Part shown: piece by piece, positions 42,601 to 54,489 of the stretch
Numbering within the stretch: the stretch's first letter is position 1
Layout of the letters: each line of letters opens with the position of its first letter
From: Tubiluchus corallicola
Taxonomy: Eukaryota; Animalia; Priapulida
Length of the DNA stretch: 64,000 nt
Reading direction: 5' to 3'
Assembly: GCA_030141605.1 (NCBI GenBank)
Contig: JAQGDQ010000201.1
Span: 337,471 to 401,470 of the forward strand
The notes under the pieces: generated by a model
What the model saw: the letters and a program-made list of their open reading frames with translations, nothing else
Told to the model about the DNA's origin: nothing
Databases searched by the model: none
Position numbers and translations under genes: made by a program

Positions 42601-45600
42601 GTGTAAAATGCTTATAAGTTTGAGTAGTAAAATATTACTGCAGTTGTGATCAATTCTAAAATTTGTTTTTTTGCAGTTTAGTAGCCTGCAACAGCAGTGT
42701 CTATTTATTATATTAATGCTTATGGAAAGCCTGGAACATAGTGGTTATTATCAAGAATGATCTACCAAGATGAGGTATTGAAGGCTGGCAGAGGGCGTCT
42801 TAGCCACGTTTGCTTGCAAACACATCTTCCCTGATGGATGACAGCCAGGGAGAAGATATGGCAGACAAAACTGAAAAGATTCTCCTAGTGGTCACCCACT
42901 CAACTGCTAATCATAGACAGTGCTGTTTTCCTTTGTTTACTAAGCACACATAGTGAGCATCAAACGTTCGAATCGAATTTGAGTAACAACATTGCGTAAC
43001 ATAAGTGTGTAATCAAGTAAAAATACTAGGATTGCTCAAACAGTGACATGGATGGCACTGAGAAAAAAATAATTAAAAATGCAAAAATTCTAAAGGTTTA
43101 TTAAGGTGCAGAACATTAACATGAAAAATAATGTCATGAAGGATTGATACCGTGATTGTGCATGAAAAATCTATGGTATTTTTGTAAAAAATAAACTTAT
43201 GACTACAACAAATAATAACATACCTGAATTGTGAGCTATAATTTTATCTATGAAACTTTCTATATCGACCGGTTTGGGGAGAGCTGACTGCTGAACAGGC
43301 TTTGAAAGAATTGAATTTATTTCTTCGGTTAAATGTTCCGATGCATTCATCTTCCTTTTCTTGTGTTGTATCACTTGGTCAGATTGGAAGGCAGCTATAC
43401 GTAGAATAACTTATTTGAGTCAGCAGACATGCCGTGAGCAAAAATATAGCATGATCCAACATTGCAAAGGTTTTAATAGGAAAGAAGCTGCATGAATTTA
43501 CCCTCAATATGGAAAATGAACCAGCTGCTTTAAAGAGCAGGTTTGCATATGCAAGTTTTCAATGTCTTGCTTACAATCACATTCTCAATATCAATTAAGT
43601 TTTAAGTGAGCAATGTTGTCACTTAAACCAAAGTCAGAAGCATAAATTCAAAAGAGACTTTCCAAAGTGTGACCTGCTTTAGCTAACATCATTAGTGATT
43701 TAACAGCGTAAAATGTAAAAACTTGAAACACAGTTTTATAGAAAACTTTTTACATGAATTTTCTCGTAGGCAAAATAGGATGCGTTTGTAAATAAGATAA
43801 TTAAAAATTAATATTAATGGTACAGTCACATAACCTTTCTGGTGCACTATTCTACAAATGTAGGAGATATTACAACCACTTTTAGACAACTGCACTTTTG
43901 GTAAGGTAGACCAATTGGTACAGCTCAATGATAGTGTGCTTGCTTCCTATCCCTGCAGGTCATGGGTTCAACTTCCGACAAGACTCAAAAGATGGTACCA
44001 CTGGTTCTTCGACCAATCACACGGGTTCATGGTTCTTTGAAGTAACATTTGAGTAATAAATAAATGGGATCACCTTGGAAATAAGTGATGAGTTATTTAA
44101 GGTGTTATCCCTGGACTATATCCTAAATGAAATTATTATTATTATTACTGTCATTCACAGAATATCTTGTATGATTGTCCATTTCATTTTATATCCATTA
44201 TTCAGTCCATTATCCGTCATCTTGTATCGCCGCGTGTGGTACAAACGCACAATTAATGAAATTTCGATATCAAACTTGAAAGACACAGGAAATGTGAAAA
44301 AGTTGAAATATAACCTGGATTTGAACCAGTGACGCATCTGTTTACCAGAGAGATACCTTAGACCACTAGCCACCATATTTCCAGTGATCAAAGCAGACCA
44401 AAGTGCACCTTTTATAGATGGTTCATTTTGCATTGTTTTTATTTATCTTTTATGTTGCCTTTTCGGGTGAGATGAATACACATTTTCAGCAATCATAAAA
44501 TAATTGTGTACCTCAATGTCTTCAAATCAGTGCAGTGTATATCGTAATTTTATCACCACTTAGTTTCAAGTAATAATGAGCACGTCATACCTGTCAGCAT
44601 TGTTAGGTGTTGCTTTCCTAACATGTGTTCCTGCTTATTGTGCAGATTCACAAAATACTGATCACAGACTTTGCAATGCAAAACATCACCATCCTCATCC
44701 TATAAAGTGGTTATATAAGTTTTCAAATTGTCCAAAAAATATTTTTTAAATAAGACAAAATTCGTCAGAGTTCAAAATTAGTGGCAGATAATTGAGAAAC
44801 ACTCACATCTATTTCACTTATCATCAGCAGATCTAGTACTGTAGAATCATCCTGTTCTGAAAAATATAAGCAATAATTTAACAGTAAAGCAAAGCAAAAA
44901 TAGATTCACAAAACTGAAAATGAAATTCCATTAAAAATCAGAAAAGATATTGGAAAAACTGTAGCAGACCGGGTTTTTTAATTGCTTGATAGCAACATAC
45001 AATGCCTCAAGTATTAATTTTTACGTGTTAACAGTAGCTGTAGAAACCTTTATCTAACACTGTTTTTGACTGGCAATTTTTCTAGCCATTTCATTCTAAA
45101 GGTATAGAAAATAAACTGTTTAAATTTTCTATGAAAAATGTAGACAAATCGATCCTAAATCAAGAAATCAATGATTAAATAAGCATACATTACTAAATGA
45201 AGAAAACTCTTTTTGATTTACTGCAATTTAAGAAAAAAGTGCCGAGAATATAACAATACAAAATTTATGTTACCTAGAGGCCAGTTCAGTTTCTTTCTCT
45301 TCACATTTGCTTGGTATTCCTCTGATTCTTGATATTTCTTCAGTTCTTTAACGTATCTTGCCTTATCAGCAGCGGCCTTATCTAAATATTCCTAAAAAAT
45401 TATTTGAAGATGATTGCACATAATAGAACCCTATGGCACGCCGAGGCGTTCACAGTGGACCATAACTCGCAGCAACTATCGGAAAGTTTGCAAAAACTTG
45501 CTGACAGCAACTCGCAAGTTGTTCACACCTACAGAGAGAAACCTCGTGACAGAAAATGCCGTGCTAGCCTGAACGTGCCGTTATTTCTACAAATAAGTAA

Positions 45601-48600
45601 GAATAAGGCACTCAGCTTTCGAGAACACATGATGCTCTGTTGAGACTTGACATAATTACAAATAATAACAAAATGCAATGCAACAGCTTTAAGTTAAAAC
45701 TCTTACTAGATATAAAAGAAAATAATAATTATAACTGGACACTTATTATAAGACTAGTACGGCATTGTAAAAGGCAAGCCTAGATGTTCTAGTACATAAT
45801 TTTGGGCTTTTTGGCTCAGGAATTCTGCCTACTCTACCATTTTAAGTAAAAATTGCTCAAACACATGGTTTAAGTACATTAAATTAGCAAAAGGCAGTTT
45901 GCCTCTTGTAATGTAGACGTATGTCTTTCCTGAACTAATAAATGATTACTATTACCTGCTTTACAGATGGGCATAACTGTGACCATTCGCTGCCAAGAAG
46001 CTTAGTTACATCCGCAAATGACATTTCGGGATTAGTTTTCTTCATTTCATCTCTTCGCTTATTTAAATACATCACGTAACTGCAAAAAAATGTTTAAAAT
46101 TCAACATAACAGAAAAGCAAGTCTACTCCTAAACAGATGGCATGAAACAAGGCAGTCTCAGTAACCACAGTTCACAGATAATGCAAAATATGTTCAGTTG
46201 ACAAGGCTGCATTGAAATGCAATTTGATTGAACTTATGGAGAGACATTCTAGGAAACTGAGTTACACTTCTTCACCTTTCTGAGCTAGTAACATATGGTA
46301 CATAAAACTATAATCGATATCATTATAATTGTACAACGTGAATAATTTAAAAGAAATATCACTAGATATTTTCGTTTTGCTACTTCAGTTTCACAAAATA
46401 ACATCTGGAAGTTACTATTACACCATTTATGTTTCATCGTCATCTATACTTTTGTCTTCTTATTTGATAGCTTATCAACTGGAATAATATATTATCTTAT
46501 TTAATCAATTTTTGAAACACTGCATGTAGAGCGTAAAAACGAAAAATTTTTCTAATACCTGTTAACTATCATTTATGTATCACAACAAATTTATGTATCT
46601 TGAACATGTGCACTAAAATATACCTTATTTTATTATCAACTTTGTTAATGTAGATTTTTCGAACTGTAATACTGAAAACAGTTTATTACATGTTAATTTA
46701 CCCGGTTACAGGTGGTCTTGGCGAGTTTCCCTTTATTGTCTGTGTTTTTCTTTTTTTGCCTTTTGGACAGACAACTTTCCTTCTCTGCAAAAGAAAAATA
46801 TAGCAGATGCTGTCTTTACAAGCTTTACAGATAGTATAATATCAAAACAGTTTTGACTTTTTTGAGTGGTTTATCTTTAGCTGTTATTTAAATGTCTTCG
46901 TATTTCTTACTTTATTAATTTGCTTGATATTTATTCATCAGTATCAAGCTTAATGCACTGCAAAGATAACCAAAAAGGAATACAACGCATAGTTCATGCA
47001 TTCCATGTGCTTGTTCACCAAAGTTTTCATACTAAAGTCGTTCTAATGAAAAATAAGGTATTATAAACATACCAACCTGCTGTCGTTCACCACAAGGCAG
47101 TAGTGAAACAGAATTATCACAGACCTCGGGAGTTACGTTTACAATCGAGTCCTCATTAATGAGACTGGCTTCACTAATTATTGGCGTATGACTTTCTCTT
47201 TCAGCTTCTGGAATGTTATCTATACCACCATTAGCAAAATGAATTACATTTGTTATAAAATTAACAGATGGTTATAAATGTAAATAATAAATCCAATAAA
47301 ACTTTGATTTATGTAAGCAACGTATTTTTAATTTCTGTCTGAAAAATGCATCAGCATGCTTCTACATTCCCTTCAGTGAAAAAAGTTGTGTTAGTTAGCA
47401 TCGTTTCACTTTGAAATTTTTGCTGGAATGAATTACGGTCATTATTCGAGTTATTGTGTTGTAAAAAAATCATTCATATTTCAGTCTAAGCACATTGAAA
47501 AGTTTATTTTTATGATATAGATTGTAGCTGCTACAACAATAGCAGTGCCCACTCAGTGTGCAAAGAACTTTGGTTATTCAGCTAGTGACAAATAACTCTA
47601 TCATACTTTACTAGTGTCAGATGCAACAAAAAATTTCTACCTGCTTGTAGCTGAACTTCAATGGTACCACAGAGATTCTCAGCAGATTGAAATACTTTAT
47701 AGGTGCCATCCCCAACAGGTATGAAGGCAAGACTGAAAAAAAGCAGCCATAGGTATAGCAGTTCAAAATGATGACACTGTCATGCATAACTGTAATTATT
47801 TACAAACTATTTTACAGATACAGTATAACATCATTATAGCAAACCTGTTAGGGACCTAGAATAAAGTATTTTATAACCGAGATACTTTATAACAAGTATA
47901 TGACTACTTACGGGCAAGCATTTATTAAGTTCATGTATTATATCCAATAAACTAAAAACTGGTGAACGTTTCATATTAAATCAAGCTCAGTAAATCAACG
48001 AGATTCAAAAAAGTCAGTCAATTTTGTTTGCACAAATTTTTTGTTTTGGCCATCGTATAAAAAGCTTTTGCAGTTGAGTTCGTCACTTGATGAAACATCT
48101 CACGAGTGAGCTGCCAGTGTGAGTACATAAAACAACTGGGTGCCAAGCCACTGAGTGACTCATTATTTTTATACAACTAGCAGACAAAATGACCTTTCAA
48201 CACGACATGTTAACAACTTCACATGCTGGTCTTGTATACCCCTAAAATTTTTTTAGGAGCACGAAGAAAGACCGGTTAAATGTAGCTGTAAATTAATTTG
48301 CTAATGGCTGGCAAAGATAAAACGTGTAATAAAAACTTATAAATACATAGTAATACAGGTAATGGGGCCAGACAAAAGTCTGCAATGTGCAATGACCATA
48401 TATGCTGTATTTAAAGCAATTATATTAGTCAAATAAATGATGAATGTTTGCTCTTTTTTGCGAATTTGCATTACCGGTGTGTGCTCAGTGAATAATACTC
48501 GTTATAATGGTTTTATACTGTATATGCATTTAGCTGGCAAAGTTCACTGAGTTTTTTGATTCTCATTGATTTCTGAGTTGCAAATACATGTGCAAATTGT

Positions 48601-49068
48601 CCTCACTGACGTAGTGCTTATTTATATAAATGCTGTATCATTTTGTGTCTAGTGAAACAAATTGCACATTATAATTAAGTTTAAGAAATTTTGAAAATAT
48701 AATCTGGCAGTATTGCCTCATAAACTATTTTTATTTGAAACCATCTGGAAAGCTAAGCAGTGCTGTCTCTCGTAGAAAGTGAAGGAGTGACTGGCGGGTT
48801 GACCAATCTTTTACCACCTAGTAAGTTACATGTTTGCTTGTTTTTAAGAAAAAGATCCCATTTTAGTTAAGCTTGAAACTGCTTAAAATTTAGGAATTAC
48901 TCCTGAAAATAATAAATAAAAACATTGTTTTTTCTCTTCTTGTGTGCAAAAGATTGTTGTAATAAAAGCAAATACTTACTTTCGAACTGTATCAAAAAGC
49001 AAACCCATATCGTTTTCTACAATAACATTTGAATTGCTTGCACTGGGCTGTTCTGGAGATTCTTGCAT
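33603..49068 (-). CDS. HMG20A/B (BRAF35)-like HMG-box protein with matrin/U1-type zinc finger and coiled coil, 12 exons, about 411 aa
   Basis: Phase-consistent exons: 48980-49068, 47641-47732, 47077-47219, 46702-46784, 45956-46079, 45274-45391, 44807-44856, 44591-44699, 43224-43394, 40584-40675, 38412-38530, 33603-33648 (1236 nt). HMG box PRPPVTGYVMYLNKRRDEMKKTNPEMSFADVTKLLGSEWSQLCPSVKQEYLDKAAADKARYVKELKKYQESEEY. The segment FIDKIIAHNSARESERKDLQRK resembles the HMG20 'FLNHSKAREAELRQLRK' coiled-coil start. The terminal exon is less certain. Confidence 0.85.
34928..35692. mobile_element. Tc1/mariner-type non-autonomous element (family with several copies in the window)
   Basis: CAGTAGGTG... 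/ ...GCATACTG|TA ends; related sequence at 59430-60170, in the duplicate near 36972-37203, and as terminal fragments at 62515-62590 and 63555-63630. Confidence 0.6.
35461..38448. repeat. Tandem duplication, 2 x about 1.5 kb
   Basis: 35461-36953 and 36972-38448 are near-identical, with scattered SNPs and small indels, separated by an 18-nt filler. Confidence 0.95.
38568..39001. mobile_element. Probable non-autonomous repeat with TGACCT/AGGTCA motifs
   Basis: AAACAAG...CTTGTT ends and several TGACCTT/AAGGTCA motifs; class uncertain. Confidence 0.3.
43918..44070 (+). mobile_element. tRNA-derived SINE-like remnant
   Basis: CAGCTCAATGATAG A-box-like, GGGTTCAACTTCC B-box-like, AATAAATAAA-like tail. 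Confidence 0.4.
44314..44374 (-). mobile_element. tRNA-derived SINE head / tRNA-like pseudogene
   Basis: GGTGGCTAGTGGTCTAAGG (A box), CTGGTAA loop, CTGGTTCAAATCCAG (B box, T arm); no acceptor stem. Confidence 0.6.
44591..44699 (-). CDS. Exon encoding a matrin/U1-type C2H2 zinc finger
   Basis: LHCKVCDQYFVNLHNKQEHMLGKQH = C-x2-C-x12-H-x5-H with the H-x2-GKxH signature; canonical splice sites, in phase with its neighbours. Confidence 0.85.
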
Positions 49069-49619
49069 CTTTAAACACAGTACTCACAAGAATGACATAG
49101 ACAGATGGCTGGAAATAAAATAAAAAAACTCCGATAAAAAGATATTGAGATAAAACAAACAGCGGATTCTTCTAAATGTTCTGATAATTCGTTGTTTGCG
49201 TACATCGTCAAACAATAATGATGGTAACAACAACAATTATTTTTTAGGGCATAGTCCGGGGAACATAGCCGATTTATAACTGAAATGCGAGATTTCAAAC
49301 TTGATGGATATCATGGTAGAATGTACTATAAAATTTTATTGATATAATATAAAATATATACGTGTGTAATTTTTCCAATATTATATTCATAACATAAATT
49401 TCCTTGATAGATTTCACACTACGCTCTGTAATGCAGTTATAGGTCAATTTCTGTCCCGACTTTGATTTCGTAATTTTAAATGGGCCGACAAGAACTGCGT
49501 TCTGCTCTAATAAGACTAAAAGCACTGAATGACTTTTTCATTGTAGTATTTGTTAAAGAGTCTGCAGATTTAATTCCTCACTGCGTTGGTTCTTTATCCA
49601 GTAGTATAATCGATGACGT

Positions 49620-51000
49620 AAACTTTTCCATTCAGCGTTTGACACACAAGCAGCTAATAGCTAATTACTCAGGCATAAGTAAATTATTACTCAAGTGGAT
49701 TGAAGCATTCTTGCCAAATTGTAGACAACGAGTACATGGTGCTATGTTTCTAACACTGTTTCACAAGGATGTATGCAGAACTCCGTTTTATTTCTACTCT
49801 TTGCCAGGTTCAGTTATATAGAAATTAGTATGAATGCTGATAACACAAAAATTATCATTGAGTTTTGACAATTGAAGATACTGAATATTTGCAACACGAC
49901 CTATTTCATCTTAAAGTCTGGTCTGACAAATAGTTATTATAGTTTAGTATAAACAAATGTGTCGTTTTAAAAACTTAAAGCTCAAGTTTCATCACATTAC
50001 TATCTGTGTGGCGATGAGTCAAAGACAAATCAGATGACTGGGCTGACTAAAGGATATTTTGTTAACTGCGATCCTAAACAGGTGTCAACGATCTACAAAG
50101 CCTACATGTGATCATTATTGAAATACTCTAGGATAGTATGGTAAGCATCACTACAAGCTGACCAAGGATGTTACTGAAACGGAAATTACAAGCCGAAGCC
50201 GAAATTTATGAAACATAGGAAGCTGATACCGAAACGAAACTGAACTCATTTTTGCAAAACCAACTATTATCAAAACTGAAAAATTCTGAAATTAATAAAA
50301 TACTTTGTTTTTGTTTGTTTGCTTATATTTGCTCTGATGTAAGCTTGATGAAGTAGTTAGGCAAAAATCTTAACCAAAAGGGTAGAACAATGTTTATGGT
50401 TCAAAATCAAGAAGCTTCAAAAAATTGACAAATGTTATTTTGTAAATATTATGTAGCCTATATTTCATAAATTCTAAAATCAAACTTTACCTTATTCAAA
50501 TTATGCTTGTTATGCTTGATATTTTGGTTGATTGTGGCTGGAGAGCTCAAAGTTTCAACACTGAAGATAAGCCACACTGCCATAAAAACCATGCTACAGA
50601 TGGAATAAAAAGTTAAATAAATGATATTTACGCTTTATTTGAACTGTTTTAACCAAAATTTCAGCGATTTTTAACATCTAGCATAAAAAACTAAGCTGCA
50701 TAAATACTATTAAAACCCTGAAAAAATGCTACTGAAAATGACTGAAAGTTTTGGCTAAGAAACCTGGTAATTTTCGACGAAAATGAAATTCAACCAAAAG
50801 TGCAATCATCGGCAAACCGAAATGAAATTTTCCTCTTTGGTAACATCCTTGAATCTGACATGTATCAAGGGTTTTGCAGAAAGTTCAAAATAGGTGCCGC
50901 AGTTTGTAGCCAATTTGCATCCTAAGATCACTCCAACAAAGAAGAGAAAGAGCTAAGTTGCACAAGGTATTTAAGTACTTAAATGGAGACAGCTGGCATT
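49620..51000 (+). mobile_element. Degraded CR1/L2-like LINE RT fragment, interrupted by a MITE
   Basis: Decayed motifs GISKLLLKWIEAFLPNCRQRV, NADNTKI (from YADDTKI), LQHDL..LKVWSDK, IYKAY, then after the insertion LQKVQNRC and RRERAKLHKVFKYLNG. Confidence 0.75.
50163..50851. mobile_element. Non-autonomous hAT-type MITE
   Basis: Perfect 12-bp TIR CAAGGATGTTAC/GTAACATCCTTG; flanks AAGCTGAC/AATCTGAC (7/8 TSD); internal CCGAAA-like repeats. Confidence 0.8.
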
Positions 51001-51228
51001 AGCTGTGATAAATTATTCAGGCTACTATTAATTATGAGTTTATAGTTATTATTATTATTAAGTTTTTTTTGGTGTATTATTTTGAAATACTTGTTTTGAC
51101 ATAAATATCTACCCTGCCATGCCAACATATATTTCTCTCTCTCACGTATGCCCATTACATAAATTGCAGATATTGGGCAGGTAGAATTTTAATTTCTTTC
51201 CCATTTGCAATCACTTTATATTCTAGAT

Positions 51229-53414
51229 CAGGGGTGTCCAACCTTTTTGAACTGAGGGCCAAGTGTACAACCTTCAAAGTAGTTGCGGGCCGGATTAGCA
51301 ATTTCACAACCACAAAAAGACAATGAAGCACAAAATACATTTTATGTTACATTTAAGCTAGAAGAGACAGTCTTGTAAGTTTATGCTTTTGATCAGTTTA
51401 ATGTGAAATCTGGCACTGCTTTTGTTTGCACAAGTAGTCTATGTCTGCTCCAACAGTAGAAGTCGCAATGCGCAATGAAGCTGCCAAATGTTCGTCTGTA
51501 AGCAGAGATCTTGACTTCGATTTCGTGTTTTTCATTCTAGAAAACAGTTGCTCGCAACAGTACGTGCTTCCGAACAGAGCAGTGAACTTCCTCGCCTCCT
51601 GGGACAGATTGATATAATTGTCTGATGACACATAGCGGCTGTAGAAGTGCCGCAGATCATGCTCAGTGAAAGCTGTTTTCAACTCATTGTCATTCTGAAT
51701 GTCAATGAGTTCCAGCTGGTATTTATCAGCAGCGTCCGTTGGATCAACTGAAAATGGATTACTGATTAGCTTCATGGTGTCCGAGTGCCTTCTGAAATCC
51801 TCGAACCGTCGCTCGAAGTCATCAGCCAGTTTGGCAACTAAATCAGAGTACTTTTCATATTGTACTGTATCAGCAGGCCTCGACGAGAGCACTTGGCAGT
51901 GTACCGCTTTCTTCAGAACCAGCTGTGACTGAATTAACTTCAACTTCTGAATGAATGTCACAACATGTTCATACAACTTGTGCACCAGCTGGTCCTTTCC
52001 TTGAAGTCTGATGTTCAACTCTGCCATGAATTTCGTCATGTCGACTAGAAACGCCAAGTCGTTCAACCACGAGTCATCATCCAGGAAACATACGTCCTTT
52101 CCTTTGTTTGTCATGAATGTCTTTATTTCATCACGTAGACTCCAGAATCTGAACAATGTTGATGCCTTGCTAAGCCAACGAACTTGGCAGAAGTAAACCA
52201 CATCATCATGATCTGAGTCCACTTTCTCTAGAAACGATTTAAACTCCCTGTGATTGAGGCCTCTAGACCTGATGAAGTTGACAGCTGATACAACTTTATC
52301 CATCACGTGCTTCATTTCAAGGGTCTTGGCACACAGGTTTTCTTGGTGAATAATGCAATGGTGTGCAATGATTTCATGAGGCACCGATTTTGCCAACAAC
52401 GTTACAAATCCGTTTTGCTTCCCTGTCATGGCAGGAGCCCCATCTTTTGTAATGCCAATCAGTTTGTTCGTAGAAAGGTTGAATTTCTTAATTACCCGAT
52501 TCACTTGTTCAAAGACGTCCTTTCCTGTTGTGGTGCCCTTCATTGGACAAATATCCAACAATTCCTCAACGACAACAAAAGTTTTCGTAACTCCTCTTAC
52601 AAATATAGCCAGTTGAGCGGTGTCACTTATGTCCGCTAAGCTGTAGAACTCGCAACCGCTGAGTCTCTGGATCAATGTGTCTTCAATATTTTTTGCCATG
52701 ACATCAACTCTTCTAGAAACAGTTTGGTGAGAAAGACTGACATTTTCTACGACAGACTTCTTTGCAGGGAAGACCACATCCGTAAATATTTGCAAGCAAT
52801 CCTTCACAAACTGCCCATCTGAAAACGGTTTTCCTTTCTTGGCAATAGTCTCTGCTACTAAAAAGCTAACCTTGGTTGCTGCTTCAGAACTCTGAGTCGC
52901 TACTTTGAAGAAGGACTGCTGACCAGCGATACTTTGTTTCAACGAGTTGATTCTATCAGTCCGGGTTTGACCAACCAGGCTACCAAATTTACTAGCATGC
53001 TTCGTACTGTAATGTCGCTTGATGTTGTACTCCTTCTGAACAGCGATAGTTTCTTGGCAAATCAAACACAATACGCTACCAAAATGTTCCGTCACGAAAA
53101 AATCTTCCGACCACGAACATTTGAACAAGCGATTTTCAACATCAATTTTACGTTTCTTATGTGCTGGCGCCGCCATTACAATGTTTACGTTTAAACTGTC
53201 TGTCTGCCTTGCGGCGACCTGCTGAGTCAGAAATCGAAGTCACGTGTTAATGACTGTGACCTTGATGGATTGTTGACGACCGGCGAATCTGATAGTTGAG
53301 TTACAAGTGCAGCTGTCTATTAAATTTTGACAAAATAAGAGAAACTTCGCGGGCCGGATAGAAACGCATGGCGGGCCGGATTCTGGCCCGCGGGCCGTAT
53401 GTTGGACACTCCTA
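51229..53414 (-). mobile_element. Full-length hAT DNA transposon, Buster/SPIN/Charlie type
   Basis: 14-bp TIRs CAGGGGTGTCCAAC (51229) and GTTGGACACTCCTA (53401-53414), 2 mismatches; perfect 8-bp TSD TTCTAGAT (51221-51228, 53415-53422) with the central TA typical of Buster elements; subterminal GCGGGCCGGA repeats. Confidence 0.95.
51398..53176 (-). CDS. hAT (Buster/SPIN, GTF2IRD2-like) transposase, 592 aa, intronless
   Basis: BED-like finger CLICQE...NIKRHYSTKH, KPFSDGQFVK, DGAPAM, HCIIHQE, VRWLS, FGSTYCCEQLFS, C-terminal QCQISH. Confidence 0.95.
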   Translation of the reverse strand: MAAPAHKKRKIDVENRLFKCSWSEDFFVTEHFGSVLCLICQETIAVQKEYNIKRHYSTKHASKFGSLVGQTRTDRINSLKQSIAGQQSFFKVATQSSEAATKVSFLVAETIAKKGKPFSDGQFVKDCLQIFTDVVFPAKKSVVENVSLSHQTVSRRVDVMAKNIEDTLIQRLSGCEFYSLADISDTAQLAIFVRGVTKTFVVVEELLDICPMKGTTTGKDVFEQVNRVIKKFNLSTNKLIGITKDGAPAMTGKQNGFVTLLAKSVPHEIIAHHCIIHQENLCAKTLEMKHVMDKVVSAVNFIRSRGLNHREFKSFLEKVDSDHDDVVYFCQVRWLSKASTLFRFWSLRDEIKTFMTNKGKDVCFLDDDSWLNDLAFLVDMTKFMAELNIRLQGKDQLVHKLYEHVVTFIQKLKLIQSQLVLKKAVHCQVLSSRPADTVQYEKYSDLVAKLADDFERRFEDFRRHSDTMKLISNPFSVDPTDAADKYQLELIDIQNDNELKTAFTEHDLRHFYSRYVSSDNYINLSQEARKFTALFGSTYCCEQLFSRMKNTKSKSRSLLTDEHLAASLRIATSTVGADIDYLCKQKQCQISH

Positions 53415-53422
53415 TTCTAGAT

Positions 53423-53850
53423 CATGCTGCCCTGTCAACTGCAACCTCCATGTCTCTGTATTTTTGATATCTAGTGGTGCGTTGATAAGATCTTTTTGGA
53501 TGAAATTGATGAAAATCGGCAGCTGTCCTCCTTATGGTTTCTTTTCTTTCTGTAGTGCTTCTTTGAAAGCTAATTTTAAAGGGCAGTAATCTTTTCTTTT
53601 TGATTTTAACTGTCCACCCTTCTGCCCCGGCTGTATTATACAGATCCTCATTTGATATTTTCTTGGGCTATTTTATTCCTAGAATGTTCCTGTTGTTTCT
53701 TTTTGAAATGAATCTATTTCTGATTTGTGATGTGTTTTCATTGTCCACAGTTCTGAGTTGTAGAAAAACACAGTTTCTACAAGTGCATCAAAGATTCTTA
53801 ACTCTGTTACTAGACCGATCCTTATCCAAGAATACCCATCGAAAGAAATA
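53423..53850 (-). mobile_element. Degraded RTE-clade LINE 3' fragment
   Basis: LRIFDALVETVFFYNSELWTM...IDSFQ..RNILGIK*PKKISNEDLY, a typical RTE ORF C-terminus with stops and frameshifts. Confidence 0.75.
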
Positions 53851-53879
53851 AGGACCTAGATCTTAATTATCTATAAAAG

Positions 53880-54300
53880 GAGCTCTCTCAAATGCCTTTT
53901 GAAACTTTCAACTGATGAAGCACTGATGGTTGATGATTGAAGACGATTCCATGGCTGAACTACACAATGCCCAAAAAAATGAGATATCGTGTTGGTTCTA
54001 GCTGTTTGCAAAAATAACTTGGACTCGTGACCGTCAGGCCTAAAAAAAGTCTGTGTCTGTCAGAATACCATGAGGCTAATTACTATGAAGCAGTTCACAA
54101 GGTCTTTAGTCTTACCCCTTTGCTGAACAGTAGAAATTGAAGAGGGCTCCAGGTCAACATCAAGATGAGTACATTTATCCTGAGTTCTTTCAAAAGCATT
54201 CTTGAGAGTAGCATACTGAGGTAACCATACAACCGATGCATATTCCAGAATGGGTCGAACAACAGCTTTATAAAGAGGAATAATTACATTGCTGAGAAGC
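53880..54300 (-). mobile_element. Degraded CR1-like LINE 3' fragment
   Basis: LYKAVVRPILEYASVVWLP and downstream FFGHCVVQPWNRLQSSTISASSVESFKRHL. Confidence 0.8.
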
Positions 54301-54489
54301 ATAACATTGAAAATCACGTATGAAGAGTTTAAAGATACGTATAAAAACGTTATAAACATGACCGCTGCGAAAACGAAAATCTGACTGTGATGCGCTTAGT
54401 TATTAATACTAATGCAGATTATAATGAAGATGACTAATAATTATTGTTATAAAAAATTAAACGTTTATTTCAACAAAATTCAGCATAAA

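Noticed and set aside
44314-44374. Functional tRNA-Thr
   Set aside because: No paired acceptor stem, imperfect anticodon stem, and a GGT anticodon is atypical in eukaryotes; treated as a SINE head
45432-45580. Short imperfect palindrome as a structured ncRNA
   Set aside because: GGCACG...CGTGCC ends fit a decayed small MITE better; pairing is too weak to call
51699-53194. Plus-strand ORFs within the transposon
   Set aside because: Antisense to the transposase, with no independent motifs
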